Positions 9,045 through 18,159 of a DNA stretch of 59,854 nt are shown piece after piece. A model generated the notes under the pieces. That model was not told the DNA's origin, did not search any database, and saw only the letters and a program-made list of their open reading frames with translations. How positions within the stretch are numbered: position 1 is the first letter of the stretch; every line of letters begins with the position of its first letter. Both the position numbers and the translations under genes were made by a program. Source of the stretch: an uncultured virus (IMG/VR IMGVR_UViG_3300020191_000954) (taxonomy: Duplodnaviria; Heunggongvirae; Uroviricota; Caudoviricetes); IMG/VR virus record IMGVR_UViG_3300020191_000954. One strand, given 5' to 3'.

Positions 9045-10167
9045 GGCATTTCAAGACTTTTACAAGGAACAGTCTATTAAACATATGTTGTTATCCGAGC
9101 ATAACAACGAACTGTTAAGTCCTCCGTTTGCTACTGAGCAATGTAGAGATTATAGTAAAATATTTTACAAAAATAATTACATTGAATTAAGTCTGCCGGC
9201 GGCAACTAGTAAAACAAATGCTATTGCACAAGTTGGTAATAGTAGTTGGTTTATTCCTTATGGTATTTACGATGAGTTTAATACTGTTGTAGAGTTACGT
9301 AATACAACTCCGTACTATCATACACTACCATTTAAAGGTAAGGGACAATTTTATAGTGTAGCAACAGACAATAAAACTGCATTTAGTTTTCCATTAGGAT
9401 ACGAAGATACAAACTACGGGTTATACATTAACAACGGAGTTGAAGCACATAAACTACCTACTGAAGGTAAAAAACTACACATGGGTACTGTTTATTGTAA
9501 CGGAAAGTATTGGAGTATGCCTAGAGGTGATGAACCTGGGTATAATACTCTACTAAGTTTTGACGGCAAACAATATCAAAGTTATGAACTAGATGTTGAT
9601 GCTAGTATTACTAGAAAATATACAGATATTATTGTTAAAGACAATACACTTTATAGTTTACCATTTGGTGAAACTAAAGGACTTAATACTATTGTAGAGT
9701 TTGATACAGAAACAAATACTGTAACCTATCACGACATACACGGAGTAGACTTTGCTAAAAAATATAACTGTGGTGTATTAGTAGGTAATAACATTATAGC
9801 ATTGCCCTATGGTGATGAACATACAAATGATAGTAATTGGGGATTAGTGTTTAATACAGTTACAAAAGAAACTACACAGTTTGATATCAAATTAAACTTT
9901 GGTGGCAAGTATAGATTTAGATCGGGTATAGAGTACATGGGTAATGCATACTTTTTTCCTAGTGGTACTCCTAGTTGTCCTATTTTAAAAATTGACCAAA
10001 CAGGCGAAATAGTTAGAGGCGTATATGTAAACAATATAATGTTTGGTAGACCTATTGTATACCAAAATCAAATACATGTTATTGGACATCATATGAAGAC
10101 TAACGAAGAAGCCATTTATATTGTTAAGGAGGATTTAAGTTATGAAATGTTACGCTCCTTGGCATAG
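9037..10167 (+). CDS. Beta-propeller repeat protein (paralog of the preceding gene)
   Basis: Repeats 'SWFIPYG', 'AFSFPLG', 'YWSMPRG', 'LYSLPFG', 'IIALPYG', 'AYFFPSG'. Confidence 0.68.
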   Translation: MYKAFQDFYKEQSIKHMLLSEHNNELLSPPFATEQCRDYSKIFYKNNYIELSLPAATSKTNAIAQVGNSSWFIPYGIYDEFNTVVELRNTTPYYHTLPFKGKGQFYSVATDNKTAFSFPLGYEDTNYGLYINNGVEAHKLPTEGKKLHMGTVYCNGKYWSMPRGDEPGYNTLLSFDGKQYQSYELDVDASITRKYTDIIVKDNTLYSLPFGETKGLNTIVEFDTETNTVTYHDIHGVDFAKKYNCGVLVGNNIIALPYGDEHTNDSNWGLVFNTVTKETTQFDIKLNFGGKYRFRSGIEYMGNAYFFPSGTPSCPILKIDQTGEIVRGVYVNNIMFGRPIVYQNQIHVIGHHMKTNEEAIYIVKEDLSYEMLRSLA

Positions 10168-11263
10168 TATTTTGGTACGCTTTAATGGTGATATTGTACC
10201 CGACGGAGTGTACAAAGAGCGTTATGGTAACGTGCTTAAATCGCCGTTAAACACCGTCTTAAACAGCATTACAGCGTCATACACAAAGGATAGTATCCGT
10301 AATGGAGTGTTACCGCCCGAGTGTGTACAATGTGCTTTAAAAGAAGGTTCTGTAGGTCATAGCAGGCGTTTATTCTTTCGTGACATACTCAATCCAATGT
10401 TAGAAAATACCAATTACGACTACTCAAAAAACTTCACAGATATCTACTTTTTGGAGTTTAATATGAGTAATATTTGTAATTTGAAATGTCGCATGTGTAA
10501 TGGTATTAGTTCTAGTGCTTGGGTTAAAGATGAAATTAAACTAGCTAATTTGGACAGTGATTATCAACGTCCAGTAGACCATCCAGAATTTGGTTATACT
10601 AACAAAAGCGAACAAATTATAGAGCGACTGTTTGAAGACCCTACTCCATTAATGAATTTACGTTACCTAAGTATTAAAGGTGGCGAACCTTACATGGAGC
10701 CTGCAAATAAAAAAATATTACAGAAGTTTATTGACTTAGGTATTGCACAAAATATTACACTTGACTGGACCACTAATGGTACTATTGTAGATGAAGAAGT
10801 ACACGCACTTGCAAAACAATTTGGTCATACTAAATGGACTGTGAGCGTAGAAGGCACTGACGGATTATACGAATACATTAGAGGTGGTAAGAACTTTACA
10901 TTTGCACAACTAAATGAAAATTTAAAACACTATAACTTTGATAGAGTAATTATTGCTGTTACAGTTATGGCGTATAACATTTCACACTTGGATAAATTGT
11001 ATTGGTGGTTTGAAGAAAACAAAAAAGATAACTGGTCAATTTATTTTAATAATGTAGTTGCACAACCAGCATATTTAAATCCACAGATTTTACCTAACAA
11101 CATTTTAGACAAAATTGATTTTAGATTTCCTAATATAAATTATACTAGCAAAGACGATAGCAAACAGTTAGAGTTATTTGTTAAGTATACAAAAGACTTA
11201 GATAAACTTAGAAATGAAAACGTATTAAACTACTGTCCAGAGCTTAAAGAGTTGTTTGAATAG
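10142..11263 (+). CDS. Radical SAM protein with (degenerate) N-terminal twitch domain
   Basis: 'MKCYAPWHSI...PPECVQC', core 'CNLKCRMC', 'IKGGEP', 'WTTNG'. Confidence 0.88.
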   Translation: MKCYAPWHSILVRFNGDIVPDGVYKERYGNVLKSPLNTVLNSITASYTKDSIRNGVLPPECVQCALKEGSVGHSRRLFFRDILNPMLENTNYDYSKNFTDIYFLEFNMSNICNLKCRMCNGISSSAWVKDEIKLANLDSDYQRPVDHPEFGYTNKSEQIIERLFEDPTPLMNLRYLSIKGGEPYMEPANKKILQKFIDLGIAQNITLDWTTNGTIVDEEVHALAKQFGHTKWTVSVEGTDGLYEYIRGGKNFTFAQLNENLKHYNFDRVIIAVTVMAYNISHLDKLYWWFEENKKDNWSIYFNNVVAQPAYLNPQILPNNILDKIDFRFPNINYTSKDDSKQLELFVKYTKDLDKLRNENVLNYCPELKELFE

Positions 11264-11792
11264 GATCAACTGCAAGGTAATGAATATTTGTATTACGTGG
11301 GCTATCAATTAACCACTTAATAAGTTTACCTGCATCAAGCAAACTAATCTTCTTACGATCACTGTTGTCATTTACTTTTTTAGAATCAAGTTGTCCAAAC
11401 GCAATATTGCTTACACGAATTTTGCTATCACCAAACGCACAATATTGTGAATATGTTTTACTTGCTTCATCTAGTGCAGTTTTACTTTCAAGATATCCTT
11501 TTGGACTATAACCGTCACCCCAATAACTTGTTGTACTAGAAATGTTAATTATATGTGACCCTTTGAAAGTTTTGTAAACTTTATGCAACAATTTTTCTTG
11601 ACCGTTATCTGGTATTAACAAACTGTTTACAAATACGTCATAGTCTTTTATATAATCTGCAACAGCATCTAAGTCTTGCATATCCCAACCATTGTGTCTA
11701 CCAATAAATTCTAATTGGTTACCATTGTACGCTTCATATAGGCCTTTGCAAAGACCTTCATAATTAGGATTGCCTGTTATAATTATTTTCAT
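11244..11792 (-). CDS. Short-chain dehydrogenase/reductase (SDR)-like oxidoreductase
   Basis: N-terminal 'IIITG...GL', 'DVFVNS', 'IINISS' and catalytic YxxxK ('YLESK'). Confidence 0.75.
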   Translation of the reverse strand: MKIIITGNPNYEGLCKGLYEAYNGNQLEFIGRHNGWDMQDLDAVADYIKDYDVFVNSLLIPDNGQEKLLHKVYKTFKGSHIINISSTTSYWGDGYSPKGYLESKTALDEASKTYSQYCAFGDSKIRVSNIAFGQLDSKKVNDNSDRKKISLLDAGKLIKWLIDSPRNTNIHYLAVDPIQTTL

Positions 11793-12724
11793 GCTTCAAT
11801 TCTGCTTTGTCTATCTCCGCGGTCCTTACGTATGTATATATCACTCAAACATCCGCACACAGTTTTTCCGCATGTAATAGGCTCAGTTGGTAGTTTATAT
11901 CTTTCCATATTTCCTATTGGTCCACCAAACTGACAATCTGCTCTATACATGTTGCCCCACATGTCAATGTTTATTCCGTCAACGCCTGCCCAACATTTCC
12001 AACCAGCAAAATTATTCATACCAGACATAATTAAATCATTTGCTGTAATAAGATTGTTATCAAGTTTAAGATCTCCACGGTGTAACTTCTCATCATTAAC
12101 TTCTCTTGCAAACGGCCAAGCACCGATGATTTCTTTTTGTTCACTACTATAAGGTGCTACTGCATTAGTAATATGTTCACCGTCTGTTTTATCTAAAATA
12201 ACTTTAGGATATATTGACATCCTATCTGTTCTATCAAACAAGTATTGTGCTATTTTATACTGTTCTTCAAATGATTCTTTTCCAGGAGGTAACATTAAAT
12301 TAACAATAATTTCACACGATGTTGCGTTTGCAATATCTACAAAATGTTGTGAAGAAGAATACTCTGGATGATAACTCATAAGCATACCATCAGTATATGG
12401 ATCTATCTTTTGAAAATATTCAACTGATTGGCTACCGTTTGTAACAAAACTAAATGTGTGTCCTTGTTCCTTAACAAGTTTTGCAAGATCAATAAAGTGT
12501 TTCCAATAAGTAGGTTCTCCGCCACTAAGTCTGTAACAAATTTCTTTAGAAGGTACTTTAAAATTTTCGACAAAGTTTTTAACAGTTTCCCATTTGGGCT
12601 GTCCTGTAGTTCCGTTGTGTAATATATCCGGGCAGTAAGAACATTTGTAATTACATTTATTACTTAATGTCCAACTAACTAAGAACCAATCTTCTTTTGT
12701 TTTATCTTGATAATCTAGCTTCAT
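11789..12724 (-). CDS. Radical SAM protein with short C-terminal Cys cluster
   Basis: 'CNYKCSYC', 'LSGGEPT', 'VTNGS' and C-terminal 'GWKCWAG...ADC...ITCGKTVCGC'. Confidence 0.88.
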   Translation of the reverse strand: MKLDYQDKTKEDWFLVSWTLSNKCNYKCSYCPDILHNGTTGQPKWETVKNFVENFKVPSKEICYRLSGGEPTYWKHFIDLAKLVKEQGHTFSFVTNGSQSVEYFQKIDPYTDGMLMSYHPEYSSSQHFVDIANATSCEIIVNLMLPPGKESFEEQYKIAQYLFDRTDRMSIYPKVILDKTDGEHITNAVAPYSSEQKEIIGAWPFAREVNDEKLHRGDLKLDNNLITANDLIMSGMNNFAGWKCWAGVDGINIDMWGNMYRADCQFGGPIGNMERYKLPTEPITCGKTVCGCLSDIYIRKDRGDRQSRIEA

Positions 12725-13377
12725 TCGCTCATGCTATTCTTAATAATTAAATCGTGTGTGCGTTGATTTAGTTTAACTGTAAGTATTAAAGAATATAATC
12801 CGTTAGTGTAACTAAACACACTATGTTCTTTTTGAAAGTTAATAAAATGTACATACTCTGGATCAGGATAAATTAATTGCTTGTCAAGTATATGTGCATA
12901 GTTTTCTGGTTGTGCTTTGCCAAATGTACATAACAATCTAAAGTACTCTGGTCCTACTCCTGGAAAGTCTCTGTGCGGCGGAAAGAATCCACCTTCATCT
13001 ACTCTAAGTAAATGCACTCGGCCAATGTCAGGTGCAAACGCATCTACAAGACTAGCAAGTTGTGGAATTTTGTTATACACTTCTGTTGGTGTTGTAAAGT
13101 TTTCTTCTTTCATCTCAACATCGTGATATCGTTGCATATGGCCAAAGCTATTCAAATGATAGTTGTCCATTACATCACCTGTATGACTTGTTACAGGTAA
13201 TCCCCATCGATTGTTGTGAGCATCTTTTTTTTGGTTGTAAGGACACCAGTTATCTTCAAACTGCTCTAATTGCTGTACAAGCTCATGCCCGTTAACTTTT
13301 AGCTTTAATTTTACCATGTCGCCTAAATTACATAGACTATTCCATAGCAATGCTCTTTCAATATTATTTTGTTCCAT
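12721..13377 (-). CDS. 2OG-Fe(II) dioxygenase-like protein (Asp/Asn beta-hydroxylase-related, divergent)
   Basis: 'GRVHLLRVDEGGFFPPHRD' and 'INFQKEHSVF'. Confidence 0.7.
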   Translation of the reverse strand: MEQNNIERALLWNSLCNLGDMVKLKLKVNGHELVQQLEQFEDNWCPYNQKKDAHNNRWGLPVTSHTGDVMDNYHLNSFGHMQRYHDVEMKEENFTTPTEVYNKIPQLASLVDAFAPDIGRVHLLRVDEGGFFPPHRDFPGVGPEYFRLLCTFGKAQPENYAHILDKQLIYPDPEYVHFINFQKEHSVFSYTNGLYSLILTVKLNQRTHDLIIKNSMSE

Positions 13378-14008
13378 TATATACCTTGTCGTAACTGTTG
13401 CAGACTAGTTGCATAATTGTTTTATTCCACTTATCAATTGGTTCACTATGTACAATAATATGTATCCTAGATTCACTACTGTTGTTTGTAATTTGGTGCA
13501 TACTTCCTAGATCAATCAGTCTTGATTCGCCTTCTTGCCATTCTACATTGCCATAATTCTCAATATCAAACACTACTTCTTTGGGGTGTGTAATAGCAAT
13601 ATTAATTCCGCCTAGTAATTGTCCATGTAAAAAGTCTTTGTGTGGACTAACATACCCGCCTGGGTCAACTATCATTATTCTAATTCTTCCGTACTTTTCA
13701 AAAGGTATATTTTTAATAATCCATTGTTTGGTTAACGGAAAGTGCTTTGCTACATCAGTCCATTCTTTGGTACCTAATGTAAATCCTTTTTCTTTGTAAG
13801 CATCATCACTATCAGTCATTACAGAACTATGTCCATGAAGTGTTAAACTGCGCCAACCTTTGCCGTCAGTATCCCTGTGAGGAACAGCAATATCAACACT
13901 TTTTAATATTTCATCTCTAATATCATTTGTAGGCTTTGGAATATCTAACAGAAGTGTAGCAAGGCCACTGTTGTGTCTAATCCAATTAAATTTTTCTACT
14001 AGATCCAT
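13364..14008 (-). CDS. Aspartyl/asparaginyl beta-hydroxylase-like 2OG-Fe(II) dioxygenase
   Basis: 'GWRSLTLHG', 'RIRIMIVDPGGYVSPHKD' and 'HQITNNSSESRIHIIVH'. Close paralog of 4617..5315. Confidence 0.85.
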   Translation of the reverse strand: MDLVEKFNWIRHNSGLATLLLDIPKPTNDIRDEILKSVDIAVPHRDTDGKGWRSLTLHGHSSVMTDSDDAYKEKGFTLGTKEWTDVAKHFPLTKQWIIKNIPFEKYGRIRIMIVDPGGYVSPHKDFLHGQLLGGINIAITHPKEVVFDIENYGNVEWQEGESRLIDLGSMHQITNNSSESRIHIIVHSEPIDKWNKTIMQLVCNSYDKVYNGTK

Positions 14009-14688
14009 GGCAATACCTTAAATTTATCGTCTAACGGCATGTCTACTAATTCACTTGCTAGTGTTTGAATATGTGTTCCGTTGACTGTTACCATATCAAC
14101 ATACCATTTGATTTTATCTTGTGCTAATAAACTAATTAATTCATTTTGTTTTTTAAGTCTTGCCTTTGCATCAAACATTACGCAATTAGGAAAGTATAAA
14201 AACACATTACTTAAACAAAATAATCCTACGTTACCTTGGCATTTTGTTAAAAACTTTTTTACAGCTGGTATATCAAATAAATCAACTTGGTCGTATTTGT
14301 AACTCTTATCTACATCTATATTATATTTTTCTTTTGTTTTTTCTAGTGCCATTGGACTAATGTCAATAACATATGTATGTTTGGCTGGTAACTGACTTGG
14401 AGTGTCTCCACTTGCTAACGCAACAACACAATCAAGATCAATTATTGTTTTTAACGGTACTTCGGTATTCTTTTTAAAATATACATTATAATTTAAAATA
14501 CTATTTAACACACTGATATTTTCAACTGTATGTGTGTCATCTAAGAAAATAGTTCCTAGCGGTACTCCTTTAATTGTAGAGTACTTAACTTTTAGTGCAT
14601 GAGCAGTATGATACTCTGCAATATTTCTTGCTATACTATTAAGACTGTCGTTATTATAGTCAATATGTTTCCAAGTTAGTTTGTTCAT
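13999..14688 (-). CDS. Hypothetical protein, methyltransferase-fold-like
   Basis: 'VVALASG...YVIDISPMAL...DQVDLFD...LFCLSNVF' parallels the C-terminal half of 3146..4615. Confidence 0.4.
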   Translation of the reverse strand: MNKLTWKHIDYNNDSLNSIARNIAEYHTAHALKVKYSTIKGVPLGTIFLDDTHTVENISVLNSILNYNVYFKKNTEVPLKTIIDLDCVVALASGDTPSQLPAKHTYVIDISPMALEKTKEKYNIDVDKSYKYDQVDLFDIPAVKKFLTKCQGNVGLFCLSNVFLYFPNCVMFDAKARLKKQNELISLLAQDKIKWYVDMVTVNGTHIQTLASELVDMPLDDKFKVLPWI

Positions 14689-15263
14689 GTTGATATCCTG
14701 TACAATGGCATAGCATATTTGTTGCCGTCTAATTCAATTTGAACATATTTCTCTATTGGTCCTACTTCGTTAACTACTGTGTCTGTTATTTTTAAATTGC
14801 CACTAGTTATATTACCTTGTGTAATTAAGTTACCATCACTATCAAGTTTTAATTTAATAGACGTGTCTGTATTATTAGACAATGCTATAACCATTTCATT
14901 AGCAACCGGACCTTGTTTATTATAATCTTTAGATACAAAAAATTGTATAGCACCATTCAACGGTGTTTCATCATGACAATATCCTAAACTACTGCCTGGC
15001 TTAGTTCTTCCATAAATTTGAACGCCACCTAAGTTATCTCCAGGTTCAACTGGTAACTTATTCTGCTGTGTTCCTCTTGATTTAGTTATTCCAAGAAAAA
15101 TAGGTTCATTGCCGCCTGTGGCTCCGTCAATATATAACAACTGTTCGTTAGCAGTAGAACGCACAATAAGATTTGCATTTGTTTCTTCTGTACCAATAAC
15201 AGTTTGTTCGTGTAGTTCTATAGGATCTACATCATGACAAACAATTTTATATCCTACGTCCAT
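14685..15263 (-). CDS. Hypothetical protein resembling a tail-fibre/virion fibre segment
   Basis: 'KSRGTQQNKLPVEPGDNLGGVQIYG', 'LKLDSDGNL' and C-terminal 'YVQIELDGNKYAMPLY' resemble motifs I recall from phage fibre proteins. Confidence 0.4.
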   Translation of the reverse strand: MDVGYKIVCHDVDPIELHEQTVIGTEETNANLIVRSTANEQLLYIDGATGGNEPIFLGITKSRGTQQNKLPVEPGDNLGGVQIYGRTKPGSSLGYCHDETPLNGAIQFFVSKDYNKQGPVANEMVIALSNNTDTSIKLKLDSDGNLITQGNITSGNLKITDTVVNEVGPIEKYVQIELDGNKYAMPLYRIST

Positions 15264-16564
15264 TATATATGTTTTCCTAATTCTATAAATGTTGTTCTAA
15301 AGTCTGTTCCACGACGTTGGTCTAATACTTTTAAATAATCTTGTAACTGGGGCAATTTGTTAGACCAGTCTTCACTCATCATATAGTCTACTATACCTTT
15401 GAATCTCTGTTTACCCATTGCGTGTTGATTCCACTCAGTATTAAATTTTTGACTGTCAATAAATTTTTCAATATTGTTTTTAGCAAATTCTTTATACTCT
15501 TGTGGTAACACTCGTACATTCAAATAACTTGGAAAATATACAAGGTGTGTTCCAATAAGGCCGCCGCCGAACGGTAATACATTAATGTTATTAAACTTTT
15601 GCTCTATTTTCCATTCAGCAAGTTCATGTATGTATGCTACATTTAATAACTGTACTGCACAAGCCATATTAACTCTAATATTAGGTCCTGCGTTATCTAA
15701 TTTATGTAGGTTTGCACTTACGTCTTGCCATTTACTAGGATAGCGTATATAATCATTCTTATCTCCGTATGCATCAACACTAAAGTTAAATGTTACTTCT
15801 TGAAAGTGTTTCCACAATGCAAATAGTTTATCAGGTAGTTCTAATCCATTACTGTTATAACGTATACAAATATTTTTACTAAAGCCGTTGTCAACCATAA
15901 ACTCTAGTATAGCATAATGCTCTGGTATTAGTAAAGGTTCTCCACCAGCAAAATACAATTCTTTAATATGCTGTGATTGATCTTTCATTGAATCTAAGAA
16001 ACTTCCTTTTTTATACCAAGTATAATCAAAGTCTTCATCCCAACTTTGTTCTGCAATTAAATCTTTGTTTGTATATTTAGGTTTTTGTAGTTTCCATTCT
16101 TTAATCCAACTGCTTGAATCATGTGGACTACACATTACACACTTTAATTGACACAAGTTGCCAAGTCGTAAGTCAAAGTAAGGAATATTAACAGGCAAAT
16201 TACCTTCTGCATCTGTTTTATCTACAATACTATCAAGGTCTAAACGCTTTTCCCACACTTTAGTTTCCCATTGACGCTTACTTACGATGCCTTTTTCTTC
16301 TTCTGCAAAACATTTACGACAACTTGCAGGTATTTGGTCATTTAGCATTTGCAATCTTGTGTTACGCATATGCTCACTATTCCACACTTCTTCAATAGTA
16401 TGGTCACGCATGTTCATAGCAATGCCGTCCTTTTTAACAAGGCCTGCTGTTTTGTCATCTTCAAGTCCAGCACCTGATGCATTAGCAGTACAGCAAACTC
16501 TAACATCACCATTAGGTCGTGTTGCTAAGTGTATCCATGGTAACGGACAAAATGTCTTACGCAT
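15263..16564 (-). CDS. Radical SAM protein with N-terminal twitch domain
   Basis: 'FCPLPWIHLATRPNGDVRVCC...IEEVWNS...PASCRKC', core 'CQLKCVMC', 'FAGGEP'. Start set at MRKTF (16564). Confidence 0.9.
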   Translation of the reverse strand: MRKTFCPLPWIHLATRPNGDVRVCCTANASGAGLEDDKTAGLVKKDGIAMNMRDHTIEEVWNSEHMRNTRLQMLNDQIPASCRKCFAEEEKGIVSKRQWETKVWEKRLDLDSIVDKTDAEGNLPVNIPYFDLRLGNLCQLKCVMCSPHDSSSWIKEWKLQKPKYTNKDLIAEQSWDEDFDYTWYKKGSFLDSMKDQSQHIKELYFAGGEPLLIPEHYAILEFMVDNGFSKNICIRYNSNGLELPDKLFALWKHFQEVTFNFSVDAYGDKNDYIRYPSKWQDVSANLHKLDNAGPNIRVNMACAVQLLNVAYIHELAEWKIEQKFNNINVLPFGGGLIGTHLVYFPSYLNVRVLPQEYKEFAKNNIEKFIDSQKFNTEWNQHAMGKQRFKGIVDYMMSEDWSNKLPQLQDYLKVLDQRRGTDFRTTFIELGKHI

Positions 16565-17555
16565 GTTCATGCCTTTCAAATTGTGCATTCATTTTGTCAA
16601 AACTTCCACATTGTTTTGAACATTCTTTTAGTCCGCAAGTGCTCCATGTCTTTTCTATCTTGTTAAAGAAGTTTGAAGAAAACACTTCTTGCATAGTATT
16701 CCTATGCAAATTAGGGAATTCTTTAATTTTTATCATATAATCTATTTTTGAATGGGCGTGTTGTGGTAACCATTCTAAATCTAACCAACAGCACGGACTA
16801 ACGTTTCCATTAGCACTAATATACAGTTGCTTGTCTTGAACTGCTTTACAATTAATAGTTGGTAATGTTTCGTTCCTAGCTTTTTCTGCTGGTGCAATCA
16901 TTTCTAAACTTTTTTGCGACGGTAATAGTGTATGTGTAACATTGTAGTTGTCATCTATTACATCAAACTTACCATCTTTAAATCTTGTTGTATGCTTAAT
17001 ACTAAAGCCTTTAAATCCCATGTCTTTACTTAATTGTTCACAAGTATCTACTTGATGTTCATTGTGTTTGAATACTAACATATCCCAACGTGCATCGCCG
17101 CCTTCGTCAATAAAATGTGATGCATTTTGCATAATCTTATTAAAGTCTGTATTGATCCTGTATAACTTATGAGTGTCTTCTAAACCGTCAATTCCAAAAA
17201 CAACTTTAACTTTTAGTTGTGCAAGTTGTTTCCACCATGTAATATTTCTTCCACTTCCGTTAGTGTGCATCTGTAGTGTCATTTCAGAGTTTGTATCACG
17301 CAGGTATTGAAAAATTTCTAATGTATCTTTAGCGACAATAGGATCACCCAAATTACCACACATACTAAGAAACTTTAATTGACGCACAAAGTCTCTTGGA
17401 AACCAATTAACAAATGTTCCTAGATCTATTTCATCTAAATCTAATCCTTCAAGTAATGGTCCGCCATGTAAACGTCTTGGACACATAGGGCATCTTGCTT
17501 GACATTTGGAAGTTACTTCTAAATGTATTGCTGTTATGTCTGTGTAATTATACAT
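16557..17555 (-). CDS. Radical SAM protein with C-terminal SPASM/twitch domain (paralog of 5355..6332)
   Basis: 'CQARCPMC', shared 'GLEDT..LYR' and 'MLVF.HN.HQ...CEQLSKDMGF', C-terminal 'GNVSPCCW...CSKQC'. Confidence 0.9.
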   Translation of the reverse strand: MYNYTDITAIHLEVTSKCQARCPMCPRRLHGGPLLEGLDLDEIDLGTFVNWFPRDFVRQLKFLSMCGNLGDPIVAKDTLEIFQYLRDTNSEMTLQMHTNGSGRNITWWKQLAQLKVKVVFGIDGLEDTHKLYRINTDFNKIMQNASHFIDEGGDARWDMLVFKHNEHQVDTCEQLSKDMGFKGFSIKHTTRFKDGKFDVIDDNYNVTHTLLPSQKSLEMIAPAEKARNETLPTINCKAVQDKQLYISANGNVSPCCWLDLEWLPQHAHSKIDYMIKIKEFPNLHRNTMQEVFSSNFFNKIEKTWSTCGLKECSKQCGSFDKMNAQFERHEHA

Positions 17556-18159
17556 GCTGTGTTCCTATAATCATAAATCTTTTATATTTTGCTAATTGTA
17601 ATTCGTTTGCTGTTTCAACATTTAACTTTGATTTCTTTACAAATTCATCTAATGTTTCACTACAATTAATATGTTCATCTAATTCAAAGTAATTGTTAGA
17701 TTGTAAAATTATTTTTGCCGATGATGGAACATTATCTAACCATTGCATATACTGCTCTTGTGTAATATGTTCACAACTGGTATTGATAACAAAATAAGGA
17801 TTAGTTGTATATTCATAACTACACATGTCTCCTGTAACTGCTTCAAACATACCTTCCATCTCTTGACGTTTGTTTATTGTACTTGCAATTTGTTTACAAG
17901 CTGGATCAATATCAATACTTATAATATGTTTAATACCAATGTCACTATTAAACAACATATTTGCTAGTACACCGTTCCAGCCGCCATGTATTACAGCATT
18001 AGCATTACTAATTGCTTTAGATTTTTTACTTAAACATTCTATTAACCAAGTTTTAGATTCTAACTGTCCTCCCCAGAAACTTTCAAGCGTACGGTCACGG
18101 TCATCGCTGTTGCGAATTGCATCCATCCAAAACTTAATATCTTTAATATCTATTTTCAT
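17548..18159 (-). CDS. Class I SAM-dependent methyltransferase-like protein
   Basis: Motif I-like 'VIHGGWNGVLA', motif II 'ISIDIDP', 'VTGDM', 'INTSCEH'. Confidence 0.7.
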   Translation of the reverse strand: MKIDIKDIKFWMDAIRNSDDRDRTLESFWGGQLESKTWLIECLSKKSKAISNANAVIHGGWNGVLANMLFNSDIGIKHIISIDIDPACKQIASTINKRQEMEGMFEAVTGDMCSYEYTTNPYFVINTSCEHITQEQYMQWLDNVPSSAKIILQSNNYFELDEHINCSETLDEFVKKSKLNVETANELQLAKYKRFMIIGTQHV

